Assembly: GCA_964480775.1 (NCBI GenBank)
Contig: CAYZRF010000004.1
Coordinates: 30,001 to 62,000 of the forward strand
Source: an uncultured Nitrososphaerota archaeon
Lineage (GTDB): Archaea; Korarchaeota; Korarchaeia; Korarchaeales; Korarchaeaceae
Length of the DNA stretch: 32,000 nt
Direction of reading: 5' to 3'
Made by a program: the position numbers and the translations under genes. This document shows positions 1-8,981 of this stretch, piece by piece; the first letter of the stretch is position 1; every line of letters starts with the position of its first letter. The notes beneath the pieces were generated by a model. It was not told the DNA's origin. It saw only the letters and a program-made list of their open reading frames with translations, and did not search any database.

Positions 1-34
1 AACGAACAAGGAAGCATGTGGGTGGGATGAAACA

Positions 35-628
35 TTGCCAACCATTGGAAGATACTACGAGAAATTGATCTGGAGAAAGAGAGAAGAGTTACCTGAGCTC
101 TCTAAGCTTTGGCAAGAGAGATTGGTTAGATGGCGCCGTCAACCAGCAGTGGTGAGGGTAGAGAGACCTACTCGCCCAGACAGGGCCAGGGAGCTAGGGT
201 ATAAAGCCAAGCAGGGCTTCGTCATAGCTAGAGTAAGGGTTAGAAGAGGAGGTAGGAGGAAATCCAGGCCTAGATCTGGAAGAAAGCCAGGCAGCATGGG
301 AGTGAAGAAGATAACTCCAGCTAAGAGCATCAAAAGAATAGCCGAGGAAAGATGTGCGAGAAAGTTCCCGAACTTGGAAGTCTTAAACTCCTACTACGTT
401 GCTGAAGACGGGAAGTACAAGTGGTACGAGGTGATCTTGGTTGATCCTCACCATCCAGTGATAAAATCCGATCCAAAGATCAACTGGATAACAGAGCCGG
501 TGCACAAGGGAAGAGTATTTAGAGGGCTAACGAGTGCAGGAAAGAAGTCAAGGGGTCTTAGGAAGAGGAGAGGAATACCTGAATGGGTTAAAAGGTTTAA
601 ACGTAAGTTCAAGAGGCCATTTAGTTGA
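35..628 (+). CDS. rpl15e: 50S ribosomal protein L15e
   Basis: The 197-aa basic protein carries the eL15 signature ([28 protein letters not shown]..). It has a TTG start at 35. It is the first gene of the exosome-superoperon order. Confidence 0.9.
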   Translation: MPTIGRYYEKLIWRKREELPELSKLWQERLVRWRRQPAVVRVERPTRPDRARELGYKAKQGFVIARVRVRRGGRRKSRPRSGRKPGSMGVKKITPAKSIKRIAEERCARKFPNLEVLNSYYVAEDGKYKWYEVILVDPHHPVIKSDPKINWITEPVHKGRVFRGLTSAGKKSRGLRKRRGIPEWVKRFKRKFKRPFS

Positions 629-1092
629 GGAAAAAGGGGTTATGTGTAATTTCCGCGTATATTGAGTCTTTCATTTATCCAACAGAGAATAAAGAGAAGG
701 CTTTGACCGCTCTGATAAACCTAACTCCTCCAGAAATAAGGGATAGGCTTTCAGTTGAAAAAAAGTCGTTTAGGAGCCATTATGGGTATTATCTGGAGAA
801 AAGAGTAATCAAGCTTTCTGGGGAAGAAGCCATCGCTTTTACAAGATATTTAGAGAAGCTGCTTGATGATGAGACAAAGCATGAAATCGTTAAGACACTA
901 GAATCCAGAACTGACGACAGGAACCTGTACCTAAGGATTAACAAGCAAGAAGCTTTTGAAGGGAAGGTTAAGCTATATTGTAAGGATCCAGGGGGGCAGA
1001 TAAGGATTAGAATAACGTATTCATCAAACTACCTGCCGAAAGGTGGTCTGGTAAGAGCTATTAGGGAGAAGGGGATTGGAATTTCTGGATGA
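625..1092 (+). CDS. UPF0201/COG1931-like predicted RNA-binding protein of the exosome superoperon
   Basis: The position between L15e and Rpp30 is the conserved slot for this family. The N-terminus has the v.a.v.PTE..eK pattern ([24 protein letters not shown]). The TTG start overlaps the L15e stop by 4 nt. The family call is from memory. Confidence 0.55.
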   Translation: MRKKGLCVISAYIESFIYPTENKEKALTALINLTPPEIRDRLSVEKKSFRSHYGYYLEKRVIKLSGEEAIAFTRYLEKLLDDETKHEIVKTLESRTDDRNLYLRINKQEAFEGKVKLYCKDPGGQIRIRITYSSNYLPKGGLVRAIREKGIGISG

Positions 1093-1766
1093 GAAAGTAC
1101 GTAGACCTGAAAGTATGGGCCCTTAGTTCAAATGCTAATGAACTGAGGTCTTTAGTTGCTACGGGAGTAGAAATGGGTTTTTGGGCTCTGGGAATGGCGT
1201 GTTACCCTAATGAATTGGAAAAAACCCAGGAAATTGTTAAGAAGTTTACATCAGAGGGGTACAGAGTCTTCACATCGCTTGAAATGGAACTCCAAAATCC
1301 TAGAGCCTTGAGAATCCTGTCAAAACTCTTGAAAAAGAGACTTTTCCTCTCCGTAAAACCTTTATCTCTGGAAATGGCTCGTAGAGCTGTCAAGCTAAGG
1401 GCAAACTCCATAGTCCTTCCAATTAATAGGAACAAGCTGATTTTTGATTCCGTTTGTGCAAAGGAGCTGTTTAAACGAGAAGGCTCGGTAGAAATTCATT
1501 TGGTAGATCTTTTGAAGTCTAACGAGAAAGAGTTGCTGAGAGCCCTTAGAGTGTTAAGGCTTGAAGTCCAAATAGCCAGAAAATATGGTATTCCAATAAT
1601 CGTTTCAAGTGGTGCTACCAGGAGCTTCGAGCTACTTGATCCAATTATAATGGCGTCAATCGCCGAAACCTTGCTGAAAATACCAAAAGAAGCGGCTCTA
1701 AACTCAATAAGCGACTATCCTTATTCATTAATAGAGAAAAAAGGGCTGATTTCAGTTGAAGGCTAA
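1089..1766 (+). CDS. rnp3: RNase P protein component 3 (Rpp30)
   Basis: A 225-aa protein sits in the conserved slot upstream of Pop5. It has an ATGA start/stop overlap with the upstream gene and TIM-barrel-like alternating hydrophobic strands. Confidence 0.75.
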   Translation: MRKYVDLKVWALSSNANELRSLVATGVEMGFWALGMACYPNELEKTQEIVKKFTSEGYRVFTSLEMELQNPRALRILSKLLKKRLFLSVKPLSLEMARRAVKLRANSIVLPINRNKLIFDSVCAKELFKREGSVEIHLVDLLKSNEKELLRALRVLRLEVQIARKYGIPIIVSSGATRSFELLDPIIMASIAETLLKIPKEAALNSISDYPYSLIEKKGLISVEG

Positions 1767-2091
1767 AATCCCTATTGGCTTGATTCCTCCAAAAAGGTAC
1801 GTGGCTTTAGAAATTAGAGGGGAGCTTGACGTCCGTCGTTTGATAATCTTGAGTATAGAGGCTGCTCAGGAGCTTTATGGAATTCTAGGCACAGGTGAAC
1901 TTAAACTTGCGTTGAAATACTACAAAGGAAGTGATGCGATAATAGAGACTACTAACAGGGATTTACCCAAGATCTTGACGGCTTTGACCTTTGCTCTTTT
2001 CAGGTCAGGGCTGAATGCTCAATTAAGGGTAAGAGGGGTGCATGGTACGATTAAAAAGTGCTTCCAAGCGTTAAAAAGACAGAATCTTTAG
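1756..2091 (+). CDS. rnp2: RNase P protein component 2 (Pop5)
   Basis: Pop5 motifs are present (PPKRYVALEI near the N-terminus, GVHGTIKK near the C-terminus). The TTG start overlaps the rnp3 end by 11 nt. Confidence 0.7.
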   Translation: MKAKIPIGLIPPKRYVALEIRGELDVRRLIILSIEAAQELYGILGTGELKLALKYYKGSDAIIETTNRDLPKILTALTFALFRSGLNAQLRVRGVHGTIKKCFQALKRQNL

Positions 2092-2194
2092 TTGATAGAA
2101 ACTAGTGACTAATGGACCTTTTATTTTGGGTACTCATTATTGAAGTGAGTCCTTTTATTCAGCATAGATAAGGGATTCTAGTCGGGTGTAATAT

Positions 2195-2920
2195 ATGTTC
2201 CCTGATACAATAAGAGCTTATGATCGAGCTATTACGGTATTCAGCCCAGATGGGCGCCTATTACAGGTAGAATATGCTTTAACTGCTACTAGGAGGACAC
2301 CTCTTGCTTTAGGTGCTAAATGCACGGAAGGAGTGGTGTTAATGGCGAAGAGACCGGGTTCTCCCCTCTTGTCATTACCGGGAAAAATTTACAAGATAGA
2401 TGATCATATAGGTGCAATTGCCGCAGGCCTAGTGGGTGATGGTCTGGTTTTAGTCGATAAGGGCAGGATAGAGGCCCAGTCTCACCGTCTTATATATAAC
2501 GAGCCGATTACCGTGGAGAATCTTGCAAGGAGGATTGCGCTTTTCAAGCAATCTTACACACAATACGCTGGAGTTAGGCCTTTCGGAGTAGTTATGATTT
2601 TCGGAGGGATAGACGATAAACCAAGCCTTTACGTAACTCATCCAGGAGGTGCTTACTTCAGCTATCTAGCGGTGGCCATGGGGAGAGGAAGCGACGAGGT
2701 AAACGAGTTCCTTAGGAAGAACTACAAAGAAGATATCAGCCTATCTGATGCCATAAAGCTTCTCATGACGCAAACGATTAAGACAAGCGAGGAGAAGCTC
2801 ACTGTAAGAGACCTAGAGGTCGCAATAGTTCCAATAAAGACCAAGAAGTTCAGGTTCTTGACGGAGGAGGAGATCAAAAAGTTCCTAGACGAGGCCAAAT
2901 CTGAACAAAAAAAGGAATGA
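2195..2920 (+). CDS. psmA: proteasome subunit alpha
   Basis: The N-terminal YDRAITVFSPDGRLLQVEYA motif is diagnostic of 20S alpha subunits. The protein is 241 aa. Confidence 0.95.
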   Translation: MFPDTIRAYDRAITVFSPDGRLLQVEYALTATRRTPLALGAKCTEGVVLMAKRPGSPLLSLPGKIYKIDDHIGAIAAGLVGDGLVLVDKGRIEAQSHRLIYNEPITVENLARRIALFKQSYTQYAGVRPFGVVMIFGGIDDKPSLYVTHPGGAYFSYLAVAMGRGSDEVNEFLRKNYKEDISLSDAIKLLMTQTIKTSEEKLTVRDLEVAIVPIKTKKFRFLTEEEIKKFLDEAKSEQKKE

Positions 2921-2956
2921 GCCCGAATCGAATGAGAATCATGGGGAGGCGAAGGA

Positions 2957-3640
2957 ATGGGTGAGCCCGTTATTGCTAGGATAGATATTAAGGGGAAGCA
3001 CCACTTTGAGGTCTATGTTTACCCAGAAAAGGCCTATGCTTATCTAGAAGGTAACAAGATAAGTGTTGAAGATATCTTAGCAATTGAGAAAGTATTTAAA
3101 GACGCAAGAAAGGGAATCGAGGCATCATCTAAGGATTTGACCAAAATCTTTGGGACAGAGGATCCGTATCAGATATGCAAGAAGATCTTGGATGAGGGAA
3201 AGGTGCAGCTAACTACGGAATACATCAAGAAATTACAGGAGAGGAAAAGAAGATGGATCATCAACTTTATTCACCAGAACTTCGTGGATCCAAAAACAAA
3301 TCTCCCGCATCCGATCCCCAGAATTGAAAGAGCGATGAAAGAGGCGAAGATAAGAGTAGATCCTTATAAAAGGGCAGAAGAACAAGTTAATCAGGTACTG
3401 GAGGCTCTCAGAAAGATACTACCTCTAAAGGGAGGATCGTCCAAGCTAAGGGTGAAAATCCCGATAGAGGTATGGGGTAAGGTTAGGGCTGGGCTATCTG
3501 GAATGGGAAAGATATTGCGTGAAGAAGCGTCGAAGGATGGGCAGAAGGTTGTGATTGATGTTGAGATTCCGATTAGGGCCCAAGGATCAATATTTGAACT
3601 TATCGGAAAGGTAGGTGGAAGTGTTGAAGAAATCAGCTAG
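2957..3640 (+). CDS. SBDS-family ribosome maturation protein
   Basis: The N-terminus is SBDS/FYSH-like (ARIDIKGKHHFEVYVYPEKA..). The superoperon position after psmA is conserved. A GGGGAGG Shine-Dalgarno-like box lies 9 nt upstream. Confidence 0.9.
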   Translation: MGEPVIARIDIKGKHHFEVYVYPEKAYAYLEGNKISVEDILAIEKVFKDARKGIEASSKDLTKIFGTEDPYQICKKILDEGKVQLTTEYIKKLQERKRRWIINFIHQNFVDPKTNLPHPIPRIERAMKEAKIRVDPYKRAEEQVNQVLEALRKILPLKGGSSKLRVKIPIEVWGKVRAGLSGMGKILREEASKDGQKVVIDVEIPIRAQGSIFELIGKVGGSVEEIS

Positions 3641-4352
3641 TTCTAATGCTGAAGTTTTTGTTAAGGATAGAGAGCTTGTGCTTCCTGGCCAAGCTCTTGC
3701 AAAGGGTCCGTTGAAACCCGATAAAGGAGTTTATGTCGATGAAGATGGAGTAGTAAGATCCTACATGATAGGGTTAGCTGAGATAAGCAATGAAAGGATT
3801 GGGGTCATACCCCTTAAGGGAGGATATGTCCCGAAAACAGGGGACCTAGTGATAGCTAGGATCGAAAAGATGTCTCAGAGAATCGTATTCGCGGATATTA
3901 ATTCTTACTGCAAGGCCATTATGATAGTACCAAGGCCTGAGCCAAGGAGAGGAGGAAGGAGGCACTCTCTCCTGGCAAAATATGAGGCTCTTGCTCCTGG
4001 AGACGTTGTGCTGGCCAAGATAATGTCTTATGATGGTGTTTCAAATCCCCTTCTGTCGATAAAAGGAGAAGGTCTTGGAAAGCTCGTCGGGGGATCCCTT
4101 ATAATGATAGAACCGAGCAAGGTTCCAAGAGCTCTTGGAAAGCGACAGTCCATGCTACAAGTGCTTAAGCATAAGGCCAAGTGTGATATTATAATCGCGC
4201 AAAACGGCATAGTGTGGATAAATTCTAATGATCCAAAGGTTATAGGGGCTATAGAGAAAGCTCTTCGTAAAATTGAGAGAGAGTCCCATCTCTCAGGTCT
4301 GACCGAGAGAATTGGTCAGCTTTTAGATTCACTTTTAGGGAGGAAGTCCTGA
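3615..4352 (+). CDS. rrp4: exosome complex RNA-binding protein Rrp4 (S1 + KH)
   Basis: An S1 motif ([22 protein letters not shown]) is followed by a KH-like C-terminus. The gene sits directly before rrp41. The start is ambiguous (GTG 3615, GTG 3621 or TTG 3624). Confidence 0.85.
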   Translation: MEVLKKSASSNAEVFVKDRELVLPGQALAKGPLKPDKGVYVDEDGVVRSYMIGLAEISNERIGVIPLKGGYVPKTGDLVIARIEKMSQRIVFADINSYCKAIMIVPRPEPRRGGRRHSLLAKYEALAPGDVVLAKIMSYDGVSNPLLSIKGEGLGKLVGGSLIMIEPSKVPRALGKRQSMLQVLKHKAKCDIIIAQNGIVWINSNDPKVIGAIEKALRKIERESHLSGLTERIGQLLDSLLGRKS

Positions 4353-5110
4353 TGAATTCGATATTTACCGAAGAAAAGCCTGAAATCTTAATTCAGGAAG
4401 ATGGAACGAGGATTGATGGCAGGAAGCCAGATGAGATGAGACCCATAAGCATAGAAGTTGGGGTTTTGAGAAAGGCAAATGGCTCTGCTTACCTTGAGTG
4501 GGGCGGCAATAGGGTTCTTGCCGCAGTATACGGTCCGAGAGAAGTTCATCCTAGGCATCTTGCCCTTCCAGACAGGGCTTTGATAAGGTGCCGTTATAAC
4601 ATGGCTCCCTTCTCAACAGAAGAAAGAAAAAGACCTGGTCCTGACAGAAGGAGCGTTGAACTCTCAAAAGTAATTAGAGAAGCTCTCTTACCGGCCGTAT
4701 TCGTTGAGAGGTTTCCAAATACAAGTATAGATATCTTCGTGGAGATCCTAAGGTCAGATGCAGGAACTAGGATAGCAGGAATAACCGCTGCTTCTTTGGC
4801 ACTTGCTGATGCAGGAATCCCCTTAAAGGGACTAGTCGCAGGTTGCACCGTTGGTAAGGTGGGAGACTGGTTGGTCTTAGATGTTGGTCACGAAGAGGAC
4901 ATGTGGGGAGATGCCGACATACCTCTAGCTATGATAATGGAAACTCAAGAAATAACGCTGCTTCAGTCCGACGGAACTCTAACGCCCGAAGAATTCAAAG
5001 AAGCCCTAGATCTTGTGATAAAAGGGTGCACGTACGTTTACGAACTACAGAAAGAGGCTCTAAGGAGGCCTTACATGGCAGTTGAGGAGGAGATAAAAGG
5101 AGAGGTGTGA
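4352..5110 (+). CDS. rrp41: exosome complex exonuclease Rrp41 (RNase PH-like)
   Basis: An RNase PH domain is present ([45 protein letters not shown]). There is a 1-nt TGATG overlap with rrp4. Confidence 0.9.
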   Translation: MNSIFTEEKPEILIQEDGTRIDGRKPDEMRPISIEVGVLRKANGSAYLEWGGNRVLAAVYGPREVHPRHLALPDRALIRCRYNMAPFSTEERKRPGPDRRSVELSKVIREALLPAVFVERFPNTSIDIFVEILRSDAGTRIAGITAASLALADAGIPLKGLVAGCTVGKVGDWLVLDVGHEEDMWGDADIPLAMIMETQEITLLQSDGTLTPEEFKEALDLVIKGCTYVYELQKEALRRPYMAVEEEIKGEV

Positions 5111-5113
5111 TAA

Positions 5114-5932
5114 ATGGGATTAGAAGAAAAGATTTCGTCAACGCTATTGAAGGAACATCTTCTAAAGCTAGCTCAAACCGGTAAACGCAAAGATGGAAGG
5201 AAATTCGATGAGATGAGACCACTAGAGGTTAAAGAAGGCTTATTCACAAAGGGATTAGGGGAAGCGTGGGTCTCCCTCGGGAAGACTCAGGTCCTAACGA
5301 GCCTGAAGTTTGATGTTGGTGAGCCCTATCCAGACACCCCAGATAAGGGAGTGCTGATATCAAACGTTGAGCTGCTTCCTCTAGCATCTCCCAGCTTTGA
5401 ACCAGGTCCTCCAGATGAGAACGCTATCGAAATAGCTAGGGTCGTTGATAGGGCGTTTAGAGGATCTGAGGCTATAGACCTATCTAAACTTGTCATCGAG
5501 GAGGGAAAGCTTGTCTATATACTGTTCTTAGACCTTTATGTCCTAGACTACGACGGAAATCTCTTCGATGCCCTCACAATTGCATCACTGATAACCTTTG
5601 CTAGAGCTAAGATTCCATTGGTTAAAATGGGAGAAGACGGAAGTCCTAAGCTGGTTGAAGGGGAAAGCTTCCCATTACCTCTTGTGGACTATCCATTGAG
5701 CTTTTCGTTCGTTAAAATAGGCGAATATCTCATGTTAGATCCGAACTTGGAGGAAGAATCGGTGGCAGATGCGGCCTTAACCTTAGCGATAGACAAAGAC
5801 CTTAATATCTGCTCGGTGCAGAAAAGAAATGGGACATTCAAACTTAGTGAGATTAATAAGGCAGTTGATATAGCACGTGCTAAGTACCCAGAAGTGATCG
5901 AACAGGTCAAGAAGGTGGTGGACATTGCCTAG
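5114..5932 (+). CDS. rrp42: exosome complex component Rrp42 (RNase PH-like, inactive)
   Basis: This is the second RNase PH-like domain (RKDGRKFDEMRPLEV..). It starts 3 nt after the rrp41 stop. Confidence 0.9.
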   Translation: MGLEEKISSTLLKEHLLKLAQTGKRKDGRKFDEMRPLEVKEGLFTKGLGEAWVSLGKTQVLTSLKFDVGEPYPDTPDKGVLISNVELLPLASPSFEPGPPDENAIEIARVVDRAFRGSEAIDLSKLVIEEGKLVYILFLDLYVLDYDGNLFDALTIASLITFARAKIPLVKMGEDGSPKLVEGESFPLPLVDYPLSFSFVKIGEYLMLDPNLEEESVADAALTLAIDKDLNICSVQKRNGTFKLSEINKAVDIARAKYPEVIEQVKKVVDIA

Positions 5933-6194
5933 GGTTGGAGTACCAAGGGCCAAGCTAAGGGTTTCAAGATATGGAAGAAGGCCAAGAAAGCAGTATGAGG
6001 CCATTCTAGCGAAAGCTAAGGCAAAATACAAGTGTCCAAAGTGTAAGGTTCAGGCCGTAGTTAGAGTAAGGTTAGGAATTTGGCGTTGCAAGAAGTGCGG
6101 TTTTGAGTTCGCTGGAGGAGCATGGGTACCACAGACTCCTTCGGCAAGGACCAACTATGTGACAATAATCAGGGCAAGGTCTCAGACCTCCTAG
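5925..6194 (+). CDS. rpl37ae: 50S ribosomal protein L37Ae
   Basis: A CPKC..x..CKKC zinc ribbon is preceded by the RYGRRPRKQYEAI motif. The TTG start overlaps the rrp42 end. Confidence 0.9.
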   Translation: MPRVGVPRAKLRVSRYGRRPRKQYEAILAKAKAKYKCPKCKVQAVVRVRLGIWRCKKCGFEFAGGAWVPQTPSARTNYVTIIRARSQTS

Positions 6195-6205
6195 CGGGTC
6201 TTCAC

Positions 6206-6784
6206 ATGTTGTTGATAACTACCTCAAGGAGGCCGTCAAGGAGGACCCGTAGCTTCGTAAGAGACCTATACCACGTAATACCTGGAGCAAAAAGGGTAAA
6301 CAGAGGTAAGAAAAGCGTAGAAGATCTTAAGAAGCTCGCTATAGGGGAAGGCTTCAAGAGAGTTCTTATTGTGGGAACGCTAAAAGGAAACCCATCAACC
6401 TTAACCTTTCTTTCAACCCTACCTGCGAAGGTTCAATATCTCCCATTGATGATATGGCTAAGAGGCGTCACCCTGAGAAGGGAGATAACGAAGAAAAGGG
6501 CACCATTTGCGAGAACCCTTGGGATAGCAAGAACGCCAGGTGTTCCGGACGAGTTCGCGTTTGGTTTTTCCACTGGTCTGGGGATAAACGGCTTGAAGGA
6601 GATAGAGGAACCAGAAAACGTGGCAGAATTAGTGGATTACTATGATGTGGTGTTGCTGATAGAGAAGAAGGGAACGGAGTTCGTGGCAAGCTTTTACTTC
6701 ACCCATCCCACATTTGAGCTTGGGCCAAAGATGTATCTGGGAGGAGTTAAGAAGGTTGAAGCCAGCTCTATCGATAACGATTAG
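6206..6784 (+). CDS. Brix-domain ribosome biogenesis protein (Imp4-like)
   Basis: The N-terminus MLLITTSRRPSRRTRSFVRDL is the typical archaeal Brix start. I chose the internal ATG at 6206 over the track start at 6122, which would overlap rpl37ae by 73 nt. Confidence 0.8.
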   Translation: MLLITTSRRPSRRTRSFVRDLYHVIPGAKRVNRGKKSVEDLKKLAIGEGFKRVLIVGTLKGNPSTLTFLSTLPAKVQYLPLMIWLRGVTLRREITKKRAPFARTLGIARTPGVPDEFAFGFSTGLGINGLKEIEEPENVAELVDYYDVVLLIEKKGTEFVASFYFTHPTFELGPKMYLGGVKKVEASSIDND

Positions 6785-7025
6785 AATAGAAGGAGAGCTC
6801 TCTTTGATAGAGAGAATGCGAGACGTGATAATCCCAGACTTCAAATCGATTATCTTAGATGAGAATTTTGAAATTAGGGAGGAAAAAGCCGTTTGGAAGA
6901 TAAAATTGACTGCTGATACCATTTCTAGACTTAGGGCCTTAACAAACAGCATTTTGAGAGCAGCATCTCTCTATTTAGAGATAGAGGGAATTCTAGAAGA
7001 AAAGAAGAAGGAGTTTGAACAATAA
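6756..7025 (+). CDS. pcc1: Pcc1-like KEOPS subunit (start uncertain)
   Basis: The C-terminal half (TADTISRLRALTNSILRAASLYLEI) resembles the Pcc1/CTAG a.d...LRa.lNs.lr helix. The slot after Brix is conserved. Candidate starts are TTG 6756, TTG 6804 and ATG 6816. Confidence 0.5.
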   Translation: MKPALSITIRIEGELSLIERMRDVIIPDFKSIILDENFEIREEKAVWKIKLTADTISRLRALTNSILRAASLYLEIEGILEEKKKEFEQ

Positions 7026-7038
7026 ATTAAATAAATAA
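7024..7038 (+). promoter_or_regulatory. TATA-like box upstream of tRNA-Val
   Basis: The AT-only block AAATTAAATAAATAA is centred about 28 nt upstream of the mature tRNA 5' end. Confidence 0.5.
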
Positions 7039-7058
7039 GAGACAAGCTGAAGATAACA

Positions 7059-7131
7059 GGGCCGGTGGTCTAGCGGTTATGACGCCGCCCTCACGCGGCG
7101 GAGGTCGAGGGTTCGATTCCCTCCCGGCCCA
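7059..7131 (+). tRNA. tRNA-Val (anticodon CAC), no intron, CCA not encoded
   Basis: The cloverleaf was folded by hand. The acceptor is GGGCCGG/CCGGCCC, the anticodon stem CCGCC/GGCGG, the loop CTCACGC, and the T arm GAGGG-TTCGATT-CCCTC. Confidence 0.9.
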
Positions 7132-7210
7132 CTTCTCCTTTCATCTCTTAACATCAATTCAAACCATGTCATCTTTTTAAGAGTCGAAAGTGATCTAAGC
7201 TGGGATCCCT

Positions 7211-7489
7211 ATGAGAACCTACACGTTTTTGGTATTTTACAAGATTAGACCGCTTTCTCCAGAGGAAGAAGAAAGAGCTAGAAAGGAATGGTCAGAGATC
7301 TTGGAAAAATGGCCTTCGAAGATAAGACTAACGGGAATATTTGATCACGCCTGGGGAACTTCATATAACGGCTTTATGGTAATTGAGTGTGAAGACATCG
7401 GAGAATACGTAAAGTTCTGGAAGTGGTTCAAGGACCAGATTAGGTGGTACGTCATCGAAACCAGAACAGTAATTGGGGTAAGGAGATAG
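7211..7489 (+). CDS. small conserved protein, DUF3303-like
   Basis: The 92-aa ORF follows the pattern of a short beta-alpha domain (FLVFYKIRP..., GFMVIECEDIGEYVKFWKWF) that I recall for DUF3303. A TTTTTAAG box lies about 33 nt upstream. Confidence 0.45.
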   Translation: MRTYTFLVFYKIRPLSPEEEERARKEWSEILEKWPSKIRLTGIFDHAWGTSYNGFMVIECEDIGEYVKFWKWFKDQIRWYVIETRTVIGVRR

Positions 7490-7513
7490 GAGGACCCTCC
7501 CAAGAACCATCCA

Positions 7514-7536
7514 TTTTTTACCCCTAATTCTTTTTT
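7514..7536 (+). terminator. oligo-T terminator candidate
   Basis: Two T6 runs (7514-7519 and 7531-7536) lie 25-47 nt after the stop of the 7211-7489 gene. Archaeal termination uses oligo-T tracts. Confidence 0.4.
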
Positions 7537-7577
7537 GAAGTGAAACATAGGATTGTCATGGTAAGGTGTAGCCCTTA

Positions 7578-8981
7578 ATGAAAAGTGACAAGCTGGCGTC
7601 AGTTATAGAAAAAGCTTCGGAACTACTGACTCCATCACCTGAGGAGAAGAGAAGTGCTCAAGAAGTCCTAAGTGAGGCCGTTCGTCTTCTGAAAGAAGCG
7701 ACAAATAAACTTGGATTTGACGTCTCAATCGTTCCAGTGGGATCGATCACAAGAGATACTTGGTTGCCTGGTAAGACCGATTTGGACATATTTGTACTTT
7801 TTGAGAAAACTTTTCCCGAGGACAAGCTTGGAGAAGCCGTTATCAGCATCGCAAAAAGTGCATTTGGGAAGTACACACTCAGATATTCGGCACACCCTTA
7901 CGCTAGGGTCGAGTTGAAAGGCTTTGAAATAGATGTTGTTCCAGCCTATGATGTCGAAAATGCTCTAGAGCTTAGAACCCCTGTAGATAGATCTCCTCTT
8001 CACGCAAAGTTTCTGGATGAGAGATTAACGCCAGAACTTTCAAGAGACATCAGGCTATTGAAGGCCTTTGTCAAAAGCATGGAAGCCTACGGGGCCGAGG
8101 TTAAGGTTGAAGGATTCAGCGGCTACCTGTGCGAGCTGTTGGTGCTTTACTATGGATCTTTTTTGAATGTTATAAGAGCAGCAAAGGATTGGAGGGAGCC
8201 AGTGGTCATAGATATGAAAAATGTGCTCGGCTCAACAGAGGAGGCAACTAGGCTTTTTCCAAACCCACTTATAGTGATAGACCCCGTTGATCCAAGGAGG
8301 AACGTTGCCTCAGCGCTGTCTAAAACCCAATTTTACAGGTTTAAAGCCGCAGCTAAGGCATTCCTGAAAAAACCTTCAGAAAAATTCTTCTTCAAGAGAG
8401 AAGAAAAGCTATCAGACGAAAAAACCGTGCTCAGCTTGATAGAAGGAAGAGGAACCTACTTGATGGCCATTCTTTTTGATGGATTAAGTGAGCCTCCTGA
8501 TACTTTGTGGACCCAAGCAAAGAGCGCATCTAGAAAGATACGAAACATCCTGAAAAATCATGATTTTGAAGTAATTCACGTCGACGGCTTCACAAATGAA
8601 AGTACAGCAGTTCTTATCCTCATCGAAATTCCTAGCAAGCAAATTTCTTCCGTTGAAGTTAGAGAGGGACCCGAAGTAGGGAGACCCGGAGAGTCCGAAT
8701 TCATAAAAAAGCACTTAGGAGCCGATAATACCGTGTCTGGTCCATTTATCTTGGAAAACAGATGGCTTGTACTCAAAAGAAGGAAGAATAATGATGCCAA
8801 GGCCTTCATAGAAGGTTTGATAAGAGCAGGGCAAGGTTTACCTAAGAAACTGCTTAGCGCCAAGAAGAAAGAGGTATTTGAGTGCCGAGAAGCGTCTAAG
8901 ATCCCTGATTGGGCGCTTGAATATATCTACAAATGGCTTAAGAGGGAAGAACCATTCTTAAGGGAATTATCCGATCCTTAA
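7578..8981 (+). CDS. cca: CCA-adding enzyme (class I tRNA nucleotidyltransferase)
   Basis: The archaeal class I active-site region is present (VPVGSITRDTWLPGKTDLDIFVLF). At 467 aa the length is typical. Confidence 0.9.
   Translation: MKSDKLASVIEKASELLTPSPEEKRSAQEVLSEAVRLLKEATNKLGFDVSIVPVGSITRDTWLPGKTDLDIFVLFEKTFPEDKLGEAVISIAKSAFGKYTLRYSAHPYARVELKGFEIDVVPAYDVENALELRTPVDRSPLHAKFLDERLTPELSRDIRLLKAFVKSMEAYGAEVKVEGFSGYLCELLVLYYGSFLNVIRAAKDWREPVVIDMKNVLGSTEEATRLFPNPLIVIDPVDPRRNVASALSKTQFYRFKAAAKAFLKKPSEKFFFKREEKLSDEKTVLSLIEGRGTYLMAILFDGLSEPPDTLWTQAKSASRKIRNILKNHDFEVIHVDGFTNESTAVLILIEIPSKQISSVEVREGPEVGRPGESEFIKKHLGADNTVSGPFILENRWLVLKRRKNNDAKAFIEGLIRAGQGLPKKLLSAKKKEVFECREASKIPDWALEYIYKWLKREEPFLRELSDP

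Noticed and set aside
6122-6205. The upstream extension of the Brix gene to the track start at 6122.
   Set aside because: - It would overlap rpl37ae by 73 nt.
- It adds a non-conserved-looking N-terminus.
- The canonical Brix N-terminus begins at ATG 6206.
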